From the human T2T-CHM13v2.0 reference genome, Homo sapiens: DNA of 64,000 nt. Under the pieces are notes generated by a model. The model was not told where the DNA came from. It searched no databases and was given only the letters and a program-made list of their open reading frames with translations. Positions within the stretch are counted from its first letter, which is position 1. Each line of letters opens with the position of its first letter. The stretch lies in NCBI RefSeq assembly GCF_009914755.1, contig NC_060928.1; one strand, given 5' to 3'. Of this stretch, positions 1 through 14,471 are shown in pieces. A program made the position numbers and the translations under genes.

Positions 1-278
1 ACATCACTATGTATCTTTTTTTCCCATTGGACTTACTGGTTATAATTTATATGCTTACATAAATTGTTTTCCCACCTGGCTGTACACTTCATGAAGGCAG
101 GCAGTTCGCCTGTTTTGTTTTGTTCATAGTGTTTGGGTCTCACTATTATAGGCATTTACATCACTATGTATCTTTTTTTCCCATTGGACTTACTGGTTAT
201 AATTTATATGCTTACATAAATTGTTTTCCCACCTGGCTGTACACTTCATGAAGGCAGGCAGTTCGCCTGTTTTTGTTC
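1..278. repeat. Tandem duplication, period 157 bp
   Basis: 1-116 is identical to 158-273. The first copy is cut by the window edge. Confidence 0.95.
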
Positions 279-357
279 ACCATTGTTTCCCCAACACTTA
301 GCTCAGTACCTAGTACAGATTAGGTACACCATAAATATTTGTTGAATGAATGAATAA
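225..357 (+). mobile_element. L2 3' end
   Basis: catgaaggcagg...aaatatttgttgaatgaatgaat, the typical L2 terminus. Confidence 0.75.
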
Positions 358-595
358 CATGAAAGAATGGAATTAGATATGGCCATCATCTAGTTAATTA
401 AGCGCACACACAATACCAATACCAAAGACATTGTAAAAAGTGAAACGTGCCCTTCAAAGAAATCATCTAGGGAGGTTACCTCCTTATTTCATAGCTGCTG
501 TTGTTAGAAAGGAATTTTGGAGCAACTCTAAAGAATTGTCTTTAGAAGTAGTTTACAAGCCACATAAAGGATGAAAGCACTTATCCTTTTGATTA

Positions 596-902
<307 letters not shown>

Positions 903-2904
903 TCAGTTTGATGATTCTCTTCATTTTCTAAATGTACTTTCCAGCTTACAGATACCAAATTCCACTTTCAAATAACCAAATTTGCCACAGTTGAAAATTT
1001 CAAAGGAATGTTATATGCATGAAGGCAGTCCTAAAAGAGTTGTTCCTAAAATGTTTAGAGCATTGGTGGGCATTTTTATAATAAGAAGTGTGTTGTCTTT
1101 GAAGAGGCTAATGCTCCTCTGGATGTGTGGGTTTTGCTGTTTCTGTTAAAATCTTTCACAAAGCCTCTCTTCATGAAGTAAGGATGTTTCAGTTTTGCTT
1201 CTGGTTATGAGGTGGAGGGATGTGTTTTACCTTCTTAAGTCATTCACTTCATCTTTGTGCTTTTCATCCTCCATGGTCGAAATAAATCTTGCAGAATTTG
1301 TTTTTTACTAGAAAGGAATGTAACAGGGAGTTGAGTTAACACTTATAAAGTGCCTTACATTCCCAGGTGTTGAGTTCTGTGCTTAAGAACAGTCCCTGTT
1401 AGTGTGAAAGATCACAGAACTGGGACCACATTCTTTCATTGAAAAGCATCAGGGATTCTTGCCAAGTTCTACTATTCAAGATTATTTATTCAATATTTTC
1501 ATTGACTTAGCTGCCAGCACTTATCCTTTTTTGTACTAGGTACTGCCCTTTTACTTTCTGATTTTGGAAGAAATTTACTGTGTGTTATACCTTTCTCCAA
1601 TAGCTTAAATTGGCATTGATTTTAAGTAGGAGTAATTGAGTCTAAAATAACACATATATGTCTTTGCCTTTTAATCTGTGGGAACACTTTTGGATATACT
1701 GAACTGATAACAGCAGCTATTGAAGATTACCTTCCAGCAGGATATTTGTCACAGCTCCATTCAGCTGACCCTCAGGACTATACTTTTCACTTGCTTACCT
1801 TTGAGAAAATGCACTCAAATCAACATGATACGATGCTTTCAGTATAGTAGACGGCTCTGTAAGCCTAACATTTTGGTAGGAAGCCTTAGTTTACACGGGC
1901 AGTAACAAAAGTTCTATTGACCTTTTATTCTAGTATTCTTGTTTGCACCTGAGCAACAGAGGTTTAGCTTTCATTTGCTTTTTGTTTTGTTGACTACTTG
2001 CCAGTAAAAGCTTACATTTTCATACTGCTTCAGTGCTGACTATATTTACTTATGCAAATACATTTTTTTGTGCCTAGCAATAATAAGATTTGTGAGAGAA
2101 CGATCTTTTGAATTTGATCTTTTAAAGACTGCTTCTAGGATAAATATCTTCTTTAGCAGGCCACTGCTTTTTTGGTAAATAAGCCTGGTGGAAAAGGCCT
2201 TTCAGTGTTTGTGCAGGAGACTCACTATGTTTTCTGCCCATCTGTGTGAATCTCAGTCAATCCTGACTGTGGTTGAGTCGCAAGCTCTAACCTGAATCAG
2301 TGAGTTAATCCTTGTGAGCCCTGGCCCGCCACTCCCTACCTCCAAATGCAATTGTCCCCCAGAGGGATTTGAATAATGTCAAATGCATTTTGACTGAGAT
2401 GATGCGCTTACATTTGCATTAAGCCCCTTATTATTATTGTTTTTAAAAAAATCATTCTTAAGCTGGGGTCATGTTATTTTGTAATGTATTTAATAGGTAC
2501 AGTTCATGTTCTTATCACTTACCTGACTGTCGTGCCATTTCCTGTGTCAAGTGTTAAGGGAAAGAGAATTACTTTTCTGTGTGAGATAGTGCCACTTTGG
2601 GAAATTATTTTGCTGTGGCTTCAGGAAGTCTTAGGTATGAGGGCAGTAATGTTCTAAAGTCACTTGTGTTCACTGGATGAGCACTGCAATGCTGTAAGGT
2701 CATGAAAAGTTAATGAGAATTAATACTTTCTAAACATAATCCCCTACTATTTTAAATAATGACCCATTCAAGTTCAAGCAAAATGTATTGAAATATTCTG
2801 ACATGAGTTGAACAATTTAAAACTGGTTAAAGAAAGGATAATAAAGGATTTAGGATGGATCATTTAGCTGTGAAGGAAATTGGCTGCTTTGTACGGCAGG
2901 TTTA

Positions 2905-3035
2905 CTAATCTTTTAAGGAGGAAGCTGAAGTGAAGAGAGATTAAATAGTTGCCCAAAGTCATATGGGTAACCAGTGACAGAGCTGGGTTCTGAATCCAGA
3001 TCTCTAAAGCAAAGCTGGTGACCTTAACTACTCTG
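2905..3035 (-). mobile_element. MIR
   Basis: gaggaagctgaagtg...gcccaaagtcatatg...ttctgaatccag core in antisense. Confidence 0.7.
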
Positions 3036-3303
3036 TAGTACAGCCTTTCCTCTGGAAGAGAGGCATTATGTGCCATAAGAAATAATGCAACTCCTCTTTA
3101 TTGAAAATATGAGACAAATTCAGATTTGGAAGATAAGTTAGTAAATTACTTGAGCCTTTATTGAACTAGCAATCCAATTTAATAGAAATTTGTCAAGGGC
3201 CTAGTATGTGTAAAGCATTATGTTAGGTGCCAGACAGGTTATCAAGATCACCAGCTCACAGAGCTTTTAAAATATGTGTGAAAATAACTTTCATATAAGA
3301 CAA

Positions 3304-4740
3304 GATTCATTCATTGAGCAAATATTTACTTGGCACCTATGTTGTGCTAGGACTGAGGTAGACACTAGGAATCATTCATCTAGTCATGAATTCATGAATT
3401 CATCCTGAACTTTTGATGATCTGCTGTGTGCCAGGCACTGTTCTAGGTGCTGAGAATATAGTTGTGAACAAAGCAAGCAAGGTTCCTATTCTCATTGGGT
3501 GAGTGAGGAAGAGACAGACAATAAATATGTAAGCAGGAAAAGACCTGCTCTTCAGAGAATTAAAGTCAGATGGTCTGCAGAGAGTGACTGGGTGGCTGTA
3601 TTAGATTGCAAAAATTAGTTAAGACTTGGTCTTTGCTCTGGAGGAGATGGACTTGTAACTCCAGTGTGATTCCATTTGTGCAGTGATCAATGTATGAACA
3701 AAGTGTGCTGGGTAAATCCAACTGTGGAGAGCCTTGCATATCCTCATGAGGAAACTGAGGGATGACTAGGCACTGTGCTGACAGGATCAGAAGTGTGTTT
3801 AGGATGGTAAGGTTGAAGCAGTCAGAAGTCTAGGCTAGACAGGAGAGAGATTGATAAGATGTGATGATTACTCTCTGGAATTACAGCCCTAGTCAAGTGC
3901 AGGGGGAGGGAGAGAGGAGGAAGTGCTTACTTTTTGCTGAGAGGACTAGAAAGTGCTTCCTGGGTGAGGTACCATTTAAACCTGGTCTTTTAACATGCAG
4001 AGATGAAGGGAAGGGTATTGTATGGTTGTATTACTAATGAGCAAAAATGGAAAGATACAGCTTATTTTGGGAGTAGTTAGACTTTTGGCAAGTTCAAGTG
4101 TGTGTGTGAGGGAGAAAGCCTTTCGGGTTAGGCCTGAAATACCAGCTTGCTTCAGGTGAGCAGAGGAAATGCGATGAAGGTTTTTGACTAAACTGACACA
4201 GTCACAGCCTTAGGAATATTATTCTTACAGCAGTATATAAGATAAGTTGGAATGGGGAGAGAGGTGGCTGAGAGAGTATTGAGGAGGCTACTGTGAAGGC
4301 CCGTAGGTAATGGCGTTCTGATCTAGGATGGTGACCCTGGGGCTAGAGAAAATGTGATGGGTCCCTGTGGAGGTAGGAATAGTAAGGCAGTCTACTGATG
4401 AGATGTGGAAAGTTAGGGAGAAGAAGGGGAAGAGTGTGACTCCAGGAATGTAAGCCCAGATGACTGGGAAGATGGGATTTCTGTGACAAACTTGGGATGG
4501 CAGAAAAAAAATAGATTTAGGAGGACAGACTACTTAGATTAGTTTGAAACTTGCGGAGTTAATGGCGCTGGTGAGACATTGAAGTATGAGTATCAGATAA
4601 ATAAATGAAAATGGGATTTTAGCTCTGAGTTAGAAGAGGTGTTAACTAAGGGCATGGGAGTGGAGGCTGTGAGATAGATGACGGTGGCCAGGAACTTGCT
4701 CAAAGAGAGAAGGGAGGTGAGGTGGAAACTTAGAAACATC
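3304..4740 (-). mobile_element. Degraded L2 fragments
   Basis: ttcattcatt...aaatatttact and tgtgccaggcactgttctagg termini followed by purine-rich L2-like sequence; boundaries approximate. Confidence 0.55.
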
Positions 4741-5999
4741 ACAGTTTTGGCTATTTTTATTTTTGTTTTTGTACTTCACTGCTCATAATCTCTGAATCAA
4801 ACTACACTATTAGACTCGTAGCCCTTTAGAATCTCTTGCTCAATCTACTATGTCTCTTGAAAAATTGCATGCCTGGGCCATATTATCTTGATTCTATTGC
4901 AAAGTTCAGATTTAATTAGGGACAGCATATAAAACAGCTCTATGCCCTTTTTTGCTATAGGGATGCTGTTGGGAGATTTTTCCGTCATATCTTTCAGTGT
5001 TTCGAAGAGCAACTTTTTCATAGTAAGTGATAGGAAAGAACTTTGCTTCCCTGAAGAAGTGCAAATGTTTGTTCCCGATGGAAAATTATATAACTAATCA
5101 TGTTTACGTTTTCACCTTTGCTGCTATAAAGCACAAAATCAAATTCTCTGTTGAACTGTAGTTACTGTGTAAGACTTCATGGTCTCCATTTTGAATTCTA
5201 TTCCATTTTCTTTTATCCTGGCCACATTCTTCATTTACTACCCTAATTTATACTCTTTGGCCGTAAGTTCTAGTTTTCTTTTTTAACATATGCATTTCTC
5301 ATAAGCTATCTCAAATTCTTTGTAGGATTAGATGGGAATTAATAAATAATGTCACTATGTTACTTACTATATGAATGAGATATTCTTAGACTGTTATAGA
5401 TCAGTATATAAATATAAGGACTCAGCATATTCTAAATTTACATATTTTTTCTTTTCTATGAAACTTTTCTTTGATAGCTTTAGGCAAGTGGTACATATAA
5501 TCACAGAGTGTAAAACTATGTGAAAAATGATATAACAGGGAGAGCCAAATTCAGGAGTAAATATTTTCACATTGACTCCAGTTAACTCTGCCTCTTGGTC
5601 AATTATTCATTCCCAGGTGTATGAATCATTGCAGTAAGAATTGGATTTTTTTTCCCCAGTCATTCATAAATGTTACCAGTTGGCTCATTTGGAAACTTGG
5701 AGTTTATATTATTAGTGACATGGGACTAATCATTGGAATTTGAGCTGATCTAATCTGGTAATGATTTTAGTTCCAATCAGTGTATGCAGATCTTGCCTCA
5801 GAACACTGTGTAGTATTAGTTGGTTGTTTACTATTGAGTAATGAGTAGGTCACTGGTTAGGTAAAAAGAATTGACCTCCTACTGCCAATCATTCCTTGAT
5901 TCTGTTGTCTAAGAAAATATCTTTTCTTTTTCACACTATGCAAGGAAACCCTTGCTCTTGGTGGCCAGATGAGGAATTGGACTCCTTTATGACACACAT

Positions 6000-6390
6000 C
6001 TTTTAAAAAAATTGATATGTAATAGTTTTAGGTATTTTGGGGGTAATGTGATATTTTGATACATGCATACAATATATAATGATTAAATTGGAGTAATTGG
6101 GATATTTATAACCTCAAACATTTATCTTTTCTTTATGTTGGGAACATTCCAATTCTTCTAGTCTTGCTATTTTGAACTATACAATACATTGTTGCTAACT
6201 ATAGTCACCTTACTGTGCTGTGGAACACTGGAACTTACTCCTTTTAGCTAACTATTTTCCTACTCATTAACCAACTTCTCTTCATTCTCTCCTCCCTCCA
6301 CCCTCTCTCAGCCTCTGGTAACTACGAATCAACTCTCTACCTCATGAGATTCACTTTTTAAGCTCCCACCTGAGTGAGAACATGTGGTAT
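6000..6390 (-). mobile_element. L1MA-type 3' end
   Basis: Antisense L1MA 3' UTR motifs (gcctctggtaact...agctcccacc...gagtgagaacatg). Confidence 0.8.
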
Positions 6391-6431
6391 ATAAATCTTA
6401 TAAATAAAAATCTTTTAAATTAAAATTATCA

Positions 6432-6854
<423 letters not shown>

Positions 6855-7067
6855 TCATATGAATATCAAGTAAGATTTTTTGGAATTTTGTTTTAAAAAT
6901 AGTAATTCCTAGCTGTAAATCACTTTTGTTTGTTTCAGACTGATGACCTATTTTCCATTTTTATGGAATATCAAAATGATGACATCGCAATGCTTTTGTG
7001 ATTTAATTTGTATAAGAAAAAAGTTATTTAGTTCAGTTAAATGACACATTGATGTTTACTTATTTAG

Positions 7068-7154
7068 ATCCTATCTGTATTTTATTCCCCAAAAAGAAAT
7101 GCAGCTATCTTAAATATGGCAGCGACGCTTCAGTATCTTCTCTGGAAGCTGCAG
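7068..7154 (+). other. Candidate alternative exon (87 nt)
   Basis: Acceptor tttacttatttAG| and donor GCAG|GTATGG. Splice motifs only. Confidence 0.2.
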
Positions 7155-7456
7155 GTATGGACCTGACTAACATGGCTGAGCCAATCCCTGCTCTTCTGCC
7201 TGGTGTTCATGTTACATTTCTTGGTTTTCATTAGAGTTTCTCAGCCCCACTCAACCTTAGCACTGTTCATTGTAAAACAAACAAAAACGTAGGGGTTTTT
7301 ATTACATTAAACAGAATCTTTTATCAGGAACCACAGGATAAATTTCATTCTGACTCAGTACCAAAATAGTTCTTTCTTTGAGCAACTGGTTTATTTTTAC
7401 CCTGTGGACACTGAATCTTAAAACAGATCGTGTTTCTGTCTGCATGTTGGCTGCAG

Positions 7457-7537
7457 CAAAGCTTAGAGTCCCTCTAAGCTGAACATCTACAACACTTCTC
7501 TTCTGGCTCTCATTCTACCTTGTGGCTACAGTTACTG
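7457..7537 (+). other. Candidate alternative non-coding exon (5' boundary uncertain: 7427 or 7457)
   Basis: Acceptor-like tgtttctgtctgcatgttggctgcAG and donor CTG|GTACGC in unique sequence. Splice motifs only. Confidence 0.3.
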
Positions 7538-7593
7538 GTACGCATATCTTATCCTACTCGTTTAAAAGTTGCTTGAAGACCAGGATTCTACTG

Positions 7594-8140
7594 TGGTCAT
7601 CCCTCGGTATCTGTGAGGAACTGGTTCCAGGACTTTTCCAGTTTTAAACTTGACAAAGTGTCATCTTTGTCTCAAATCACCCTCTCAGTTCTTAGGAAGT
7701 GGAAGAATATAAACCTGTGCTAGTCTAAATCTAAATGGTGTAAGAAATCTTTGTAGAATCATATGAATATCAAATAAGATTTTTTTTGGAATTTTGTTTT
7801 AAAAATAGTAATTCTAACATCCAGTAGAAATACCAGCATCCAGTAGTAATACCAACATCCATGGGATGTTCAAGCCCCTGATATAAAATGACATAGTATT
7901 TGCATATAACCTACACATGTCTTACCATGTATTTTGAATAATCTCCAGATTACTTATAATACCTAATACAATCTAAATACTATGCAAATAGTTGTTATAC
8001 TGTCTTGTTTAGGGAATAATGGCAAGTAAAAAAGTCTGCATATGTTCAGTACAGACATGAATATTTTGAATATTTTTTATCCTTGATTAGTTGAATCCGT
8101 GGATGTGGAACTCATGGATATGGATATGGAGGGTTGAGTG
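7594..8140 (+). mobile_element. MER2 (Tigger-family DNA transposon) split by an insertion of about 215 bp
   Basis: gtcatccctcggtatc...ggttccaggac start, body resumes at about 7849, ends ggagggttgagtg followed by TA. Confidence 0.85.
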
Positions 8141-9032
8141 TAGTACTCTTTATATTCTTTACAGTGCTATAATATTGGCCTGCATATGTTTTGCATGCAA
8201 AATAATGGCTGAATTGAGTATTAGTAAGCCATTCAAAACCGTGGTGATCATGTTAAGGAGAAAGATATATGTATATAGTATGCCAGTGAAGCTTTTGAAA
8301 TCCGCTGGGGGTTCTAGGGATTGTGTGTTTGAAAATATAGCATAATGAAATGAGATCCTCCCAAGGATGACCAAAAATGTTGAATATAAGAGCCAACATA
8401 GGCTATTTTCCTCTGTATCATATCTAAATATATTGCTTTGTTGAAATAGGGAACCTGGGATCTCCCACCATTGCTCCAGGAAGAAAAATCACCTCTCTTC
8501 TTTCATAGAAAAAAGATAAAGGGCTTGTTTGGAGCTGAACAAGTTAATCCATGAGGGTTTCGAAGTTGCTTTGAGGTCTGCACATATAAATAGTATAGAC
8601 CATTCCTACTGTGTAAAGCAGGTTACATTACCTCTAACATGGTAATAAAATGTCATAGCTGATGATCCATGTATTCAACTATTATTCCATGTGATTAAAT
8701 TCCAGTACAACTGGACAGACCCATGGGTGGACACACCCATAGAGTGAATCTTAATGGCATGTGACACATAGTCAAACCTTCTAATAATACTGAGAAAGCC
8801 TATTGAAATGAAGATGAACCTCATTAACTAAAGGCACATCAACTTTAGACATATAGTTGGTAACTTTTTATAATGCATTCCACAAAATCTATGTTCAGTT
8901 GTGTAGAAAAGGAAACTTCTTTTTTTAGTTTAAAAATATGTTATTATATTTTATCAGTATGTGTTGTATGTTATTCAAGTCATGATTCTAATAGTAAAAT
9001 CTTAAATATCACATGCTTAGAAAAATATTAAC

Positions 9033-9438
9033 TGTAAAGAGAAAACCCTGGGACTGTATTGTCCCCACCCCCCAGCCCCCCAAACTGGGAAAGTGCTGAG
9101 AGACCAAAGAATGATGCAGACAAGTCCAGCTTGGTTAGTAGATGTGTTTATTAAGATTTACATATGGGGCACTCCTGGGTGGCAGCAGAACAGCCCTGGA
9201 GATCCGTGTTGCCTCCCATCTCTAAGGTGCTTTTAAGCTAATTTTCTGGCTTTTTGCCTACTACGTGTGTGTAATGGGACTATTTTCCTTGGTAGGTTCT
9301 TAGATACTCTCCGAGATGTTTGCGTTCTCAGGAATACCTGTTTCTGGTTCGGGCACCATGGCCTTGGCTCACTGCCTGGCCTGCAGGATTCAGGCAGTGG
9401 ACATACTAGTAACCTAGCGGGGCACCTGTCACACTACA
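9033..9438 (-). mobile_element. Solo LTR, LTR47-like (ERVL)
   Basis: TG...CA termini, near-TSD ttaac/ctaac, antisense AATAAA; subfamily name from memory. Confidence 0.7.
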
Positions 9439-9591
9439 CTAACCAGAAAAAGGATTTAATTCTTTTCATTGTATTTCTCTCTCCCTTTCCCTCATCTGAA
9501 AACCAAAAGTATGGGATTTGTTTAACTAAAAAACAAAAAAACAAAACAAAACAAAAAAATCTACCTCACCAGAATTATTTATTTATTTATA

Positions 9592-9683
9592 TTAGATTGG
9601 TGCAAAAGTAATTGCGGTTTTTGCCTTTTTTTTTTTTTTTTTTTTTTAAAGGCAAAAATTGTGATTACTTTTCACCAACCTAA
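9592..9683. mobile_element. MADE1 mariner MITE
   Basis: Inverted termini ttagattggtgcaaaagtaattgcggtttttgcc / ggcaaaaattgtgattacttttcaccaacctaa, TA on both sides. Confidence 0.9.
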
Positions 9684-9685
9684 TA

Positions 9686-9927
9686 GACAAGAATCTGGCC
9701 CTGTTACCCAGGCTGGAGTGCGGTGGCATGATCATAGCTCATTGCAGCCTCCAATTTCTGGGCTCAAGTGATCCTCCCACCTCAGCCTCCCTAGTAGCTG
9801 TGATTACAAGTACACACCACCGCACCTGGCTAATTTTTAAAATTCTTTGTAGAGAATGGGGTCTTGCTGTGTTGCTCAGGCTGGGCGTGAGCTTCTGTCC
9901 TCAAGTGATACTCCCACCTCAGCCTCC
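9686..9927 (-). mobile_element. AluJ (5'-truncated; tail at 9575-9591 separated by MADE1)
   Basis: Antisense AluJ motifs (gatcatagctcattgcagcctc). Confidence 0.85.
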
Positions 9928-10259
9928 GGAATTTTGTTTAAAAAAGAAAGGTTACGTTAGGGTCTTGAAAGTGTCTTTTGAAGTAGTATGTAGTTGAAAA
10001 CATATCTTTAAGGACACTTTATTGAATTAATGAAACACCCGTGTACTCAGCATAATACTGATTATATTATATAGTTTCAAGTTTTCTTTTATTTTAAAGC
10101 ATGTTTTCTTCAAATGAAGCTTAAACGGTTGCGTTTTCCACATATAAATATGTTTCAATTCTGGTAGACTCAGATGAAAAATCTAGAACCTAGTTTCCTA
10201 ATTAACAATAAAGATTGTGCTATATGAAGTTATGCATAAATAATTAAAAGAGGATGGCT

Positions 10260-10410
10260 TGGCATTAAAAGGACTGACTCCAGAGTCTTCCTTGGGGAAG
10301 GGTTGTTGTGGGGACTAAAGGAGTTTATTATTTATGACAAGTATTTAGAATAGTGTCTGACACAAAGTAAGTGCTATATAAGTGTTTGCTGTTTTTATTA
10401 TTGCTATTAT
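10260..10410 (+). mobile_element. MIR 3' part
   Basis: gggttgttgtgggga...tagaatagtgtctgacaca...ttattatt. Confidence 0.6.
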
Positions 10411-10976
10411 GTGGCTTAAGCCATTTATTTGTATAATTTTAAAAAGTTTTTTTTTTTCATTACCTTACCCCTAGAAGGATTTGAGCCTCTTCCAAAGCAA
10501 CTGAAAGGGCTTCTGCTTTCAGTAGAAGTTAATGAAAAGCTAGAGTTTTGGAACTCCCCCTTCTGCCCCAGCTGTCTTTTGTTCTAAGATGAAGTTTCTT
10601 AAATTTGGTGGTTCTACATTTTCTCCTCTGTAACATGATGGTCTAAGTTGACATCTGTAAGATGACAGTTCCAAGTTCTGATATCTTTTCAAGCCACAAC
10701 AATTCTGTGACTCTTTGATCTTACCTTCTGCTTAAGCAAGAACGTTAGGGTTATTCCTTTAGAATTTTAGAACTGGAAAAGGCATTAACCAAACACTCCA
10801 CTCTCTGGGGAACTCATCACTTCTCCTAGCTTCATTTAGTTTTTGTTGTTGTTTTCTTATAAATTACTAGCAATCTTTGTTCTTCCTTTTATGTATTTTT
10901 CTAAAGCACTTTTTACATACTGTATAATGTATTTAGTTATTACGTTTATTGTCTCTATCTCCATGTTGAATGTAAG

Positions 10977-11341
10977 TGTATTAGTCCGTTCTCACATTGC
11001 TATGAAGAAATACCCAAGACTGGGTCATTTATAAAGAAAAGAGGTTTAATTGACTCACAGTTCTGCATGGCTGGGGAGGCTTCAGGAAATTTACAGTCAT
11101 GGCAGAAGACACCTATTCACAGGGCAGCAGGAGAGAGAATGAGTGCCAGCAGGGGAAGTGTCAGACACTTATAAAACCATGAGATCTTGTGAGAACTCAC
11201 TCACTATCATGAGAACAGAATGGGGGGGAACTGCCCCCATGATTCTGTTACCTCCCACTGGGTCCCTCTCATGACATGTGGGGATTACGAGTGTTACAAT
11301 TCAAGATGAGATTTGGGTGAGGACACAGCCAAACCATGTCA
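10977..11341 (-). mobile_element. THE1 solo LTR (THE1C-like, MaLR) inserted in an L2 3' end
   Basis: tgtattagtccgttctcac...ccaaaccatgtca with perfect 5-bp TSD GTAAG (10972-10976, 11342-11346). Confidence 0.93.
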
Positions 11342-13306
11342 GTAAGCTTCATGAAAGCAGGGGTCTTTGTCTTTTTTGTTCAGGTGCCTGACACATAGTA
11401 GGTGCCAAGTAGGGGCTCAAAAATATTGTTGGATGAACAAACAAATAGATTTTCAATTGTCTACTGGACAATTTCTAGTAGCTAGTCATCTCCAGTTCTT
11501 TTCTGAAGCAACTATCTTTCATGATTTTTCTTATCTCCACCAATGACACTACCTCCATGTTGTCAAGAGCAAACTCCTAGAGAAGTTGGCAGCCACACCT
11601 AGAACAGAAAAATTCAGTGATTTTCAAGGGGATTTAGGATAGTCACCACCATCATGGCCCTGGGTACACAAACAGTAGCAGTACAGTGTCACACAAGGTA
11701 GATGGAGCTGAATCTTCTCAGAGAACTGGGGGTAACTGGCCAACTGCCCAGGAAATTGCTTCAAGTTACCAAAATTTATTACAAAATCATAGCTTCTGTT
11801 GGGTATGCCTGATATGCTTCCTCTGTCATGTTAGTTCCATTGGAGATTCCTTATTGCTTCCAAGCAAATTCCCAGTTTTTGCAGCTTGGCATCCAGTTCC
11901 ATCTCACACTAGTGCCCCTTGTCAGTTATCTGCTCAGCTGAGGCCTCCTCCTTAGTGTCGCCGAATGCAGTCCTGCTTCTGCTTTAAATCCCCTCTGTTC
12001 ACTAGGCTGTTTTTCTTCACCCATTCAAATCCAACTTTTCTAATTGACTACGCCAGCTTCTCAGCCCTCACTTGCATGAAGCCCCCCTATCATGTTTCTG
12101 GGCTCCCAAACACTATTATTCTTAAATATTTCATTTGCTTATCTCCTGCTTTCCTCACTTATGATAACCTTTTGAGGAAAGAGGCTAGTGGAATAATAGA
12201 GGTAGGGATTCGTGAATGAATCACAAATCCTAGCTAAAGCAAAACCCACAAAACCATGGTACAAAATTGACTTAAAGTAAGTGCATTTACTGGCCTGTGA
12301 TGAAGTTTTCAAGGGGTTTAGAAAATTCTGAGATCAAGTCCTTTCTACTTTTTTTTTTTTTGTATTAAGATGACCTTTAAAAAAAACTGGATGATAGTGT
12401 TAATACCTAGTAATAGTAATGGCTTCAAATGAATTATCTTTACTTGCAAAAATAGAACATTGGCAATTGAATTGATTGTGTGTGTGTATACATATGTACA
12501 TACATATTATATATTTTTAAAAGTAATTTTATGGATCTCTGAGATCAGAGTCTGGGAAAGATGGTTGCTAATCACAGAAGTATACATACATACTCTATCT
12601 CTTTATGTTGGCTGTTCTTTCCTCTGCTCAAGCTCAAAATATTCATTCTTCAGGGTCTCAGACATTGGCTTAAGATTCTCATGTTTTGGTTTGATTCTGG
12701 TTATCCAGCCAGGAGATGTGTGAAAGTTACTTCCATGTATGTAAAAACACCCTCCTTCCATTTCTTGAACTTCAAAGAATATTTTTTCTTGTTCTGTGCA
12801 GATTAATCTAGACAATGGCCTTCCATTCCCTTTTTAAGTAAATCAGCTTTGTTAAGCTCATCAAAAGAGAAATTTTATGTGGCTTTCTAATTTTTCAGGC
12901 TGATGAAAGAACTGAGGACACAAAAGACATTAATTTGTTCATTTTCTTTCCAAATCTTGAACGATTTGTTCTCTTGTTCCATATTGTAAGGCAAGTTAAC
13001 ATTTGCCTCCTATTTGTAATTGTTCCATAATCTCAAGTTTTCATTGAATGTTTCATTGAATTCACTATATGTTTACTCTTGGATTTTGACATTTTAATTA
13101 TTAGGAACATTTGATCACATATAATCTTAGTAATGTTCAACAATACCACACTGCTCACATTTATGCAGAATGCTGACAGAATGACAGGCAGTGGGAGCCA
13201 AGATTATGTGCCGCGTGGCTGATTGGTGCAGGGGAAGGCAGGGTGTTCCCATGTTATAATGCAGTGTCTCTTGGTTACTGTGCAGTTCCAGACAATACAT
13301 ACCTGC

Positions 13307-13760
13307 TGTTTTAGTCAGAGTTTGTTGGTTGCAAAGAACAGAAGCCCACTCAAATTAATTAAAAAAAAATCAACAGAAAAACCCCCCAAACCTTAAAAAT
13401 GTAGAATCTCTCAGCTAATCTATATGGCACTGGTAGACCCATGAGGGACTGTGGCATGGGCTGGAAATAGAAAGTCAAGAATCATGGTCATTGCCTCCTC
13501 TCTTGTTCTTCCTTTCTCTGCTCTCTATTTTCTTTTCTCTCACATGGGTCAGCATATTTATACATGCCAGCATTGACATGACCTTTTGGTTTTAGGCCCG
13601 TATTAGACCCTGCATTTTTCATAAGTCATATTCCCAAAAGAGGCCATTTGATTGGCTTCATTTAGCCTGTGGAGTCATTCCTGCTGGATGAGGTTGCTAC
13701 CCTGGGTTCAGTGTTCTTCAGGGTTTGGAGTAGGGGAGGATTTACATGGTACAAATTGGG
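13307..13760 (-). mobile_element. Old MLT1-type LTR
   Basis: ttagtcagagtttgttggttgcaaagaacagaagccc start; the rest is highly diverged. Confidence 0.45.
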
Positions 13761-13996
13761 AAGCTATTAGTTGGATATTGCATCTCCTGCATTGGTCCTT
13801 TGTTTCTAATCTGTTCTTCCATATGTTCTATCCTTGTGTCTTTTTGTTATATACTTTGAGAGATTTCCTTACTGTTATGGTAATTTTATTAAATTTCTAT
13901 TTTGCCGATCACATTTTCAGAAATATTTAAAAAGTTTTTTATTGTTCTCTATAATCACTTTATTTTCATTGTGTCTTATTCTTTAATGATTGTAGT

Positions 13997-14331
<335 letters not shown>

Positions 14332-14354
14332 GATTCAAGAAGATACTACAACCA

Positions 14355-14471
14355 TTTTTTGAGGATTGATCTTGCTCTGTCACCCAGGCTGGATCGCAAT
14401 GGTGTGATCATAGAACTCCTGGATTTAAGGGATCCTCCCGCCTCAGCCTCAGCTACCACGCATGCCTGGCC
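14355..14471 (-). mobile_element. Alu monomer fragment with deletions
   Basis: tcttgctctgtcacccaggctgg...catgcctggcc. Confidence 0.8.
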
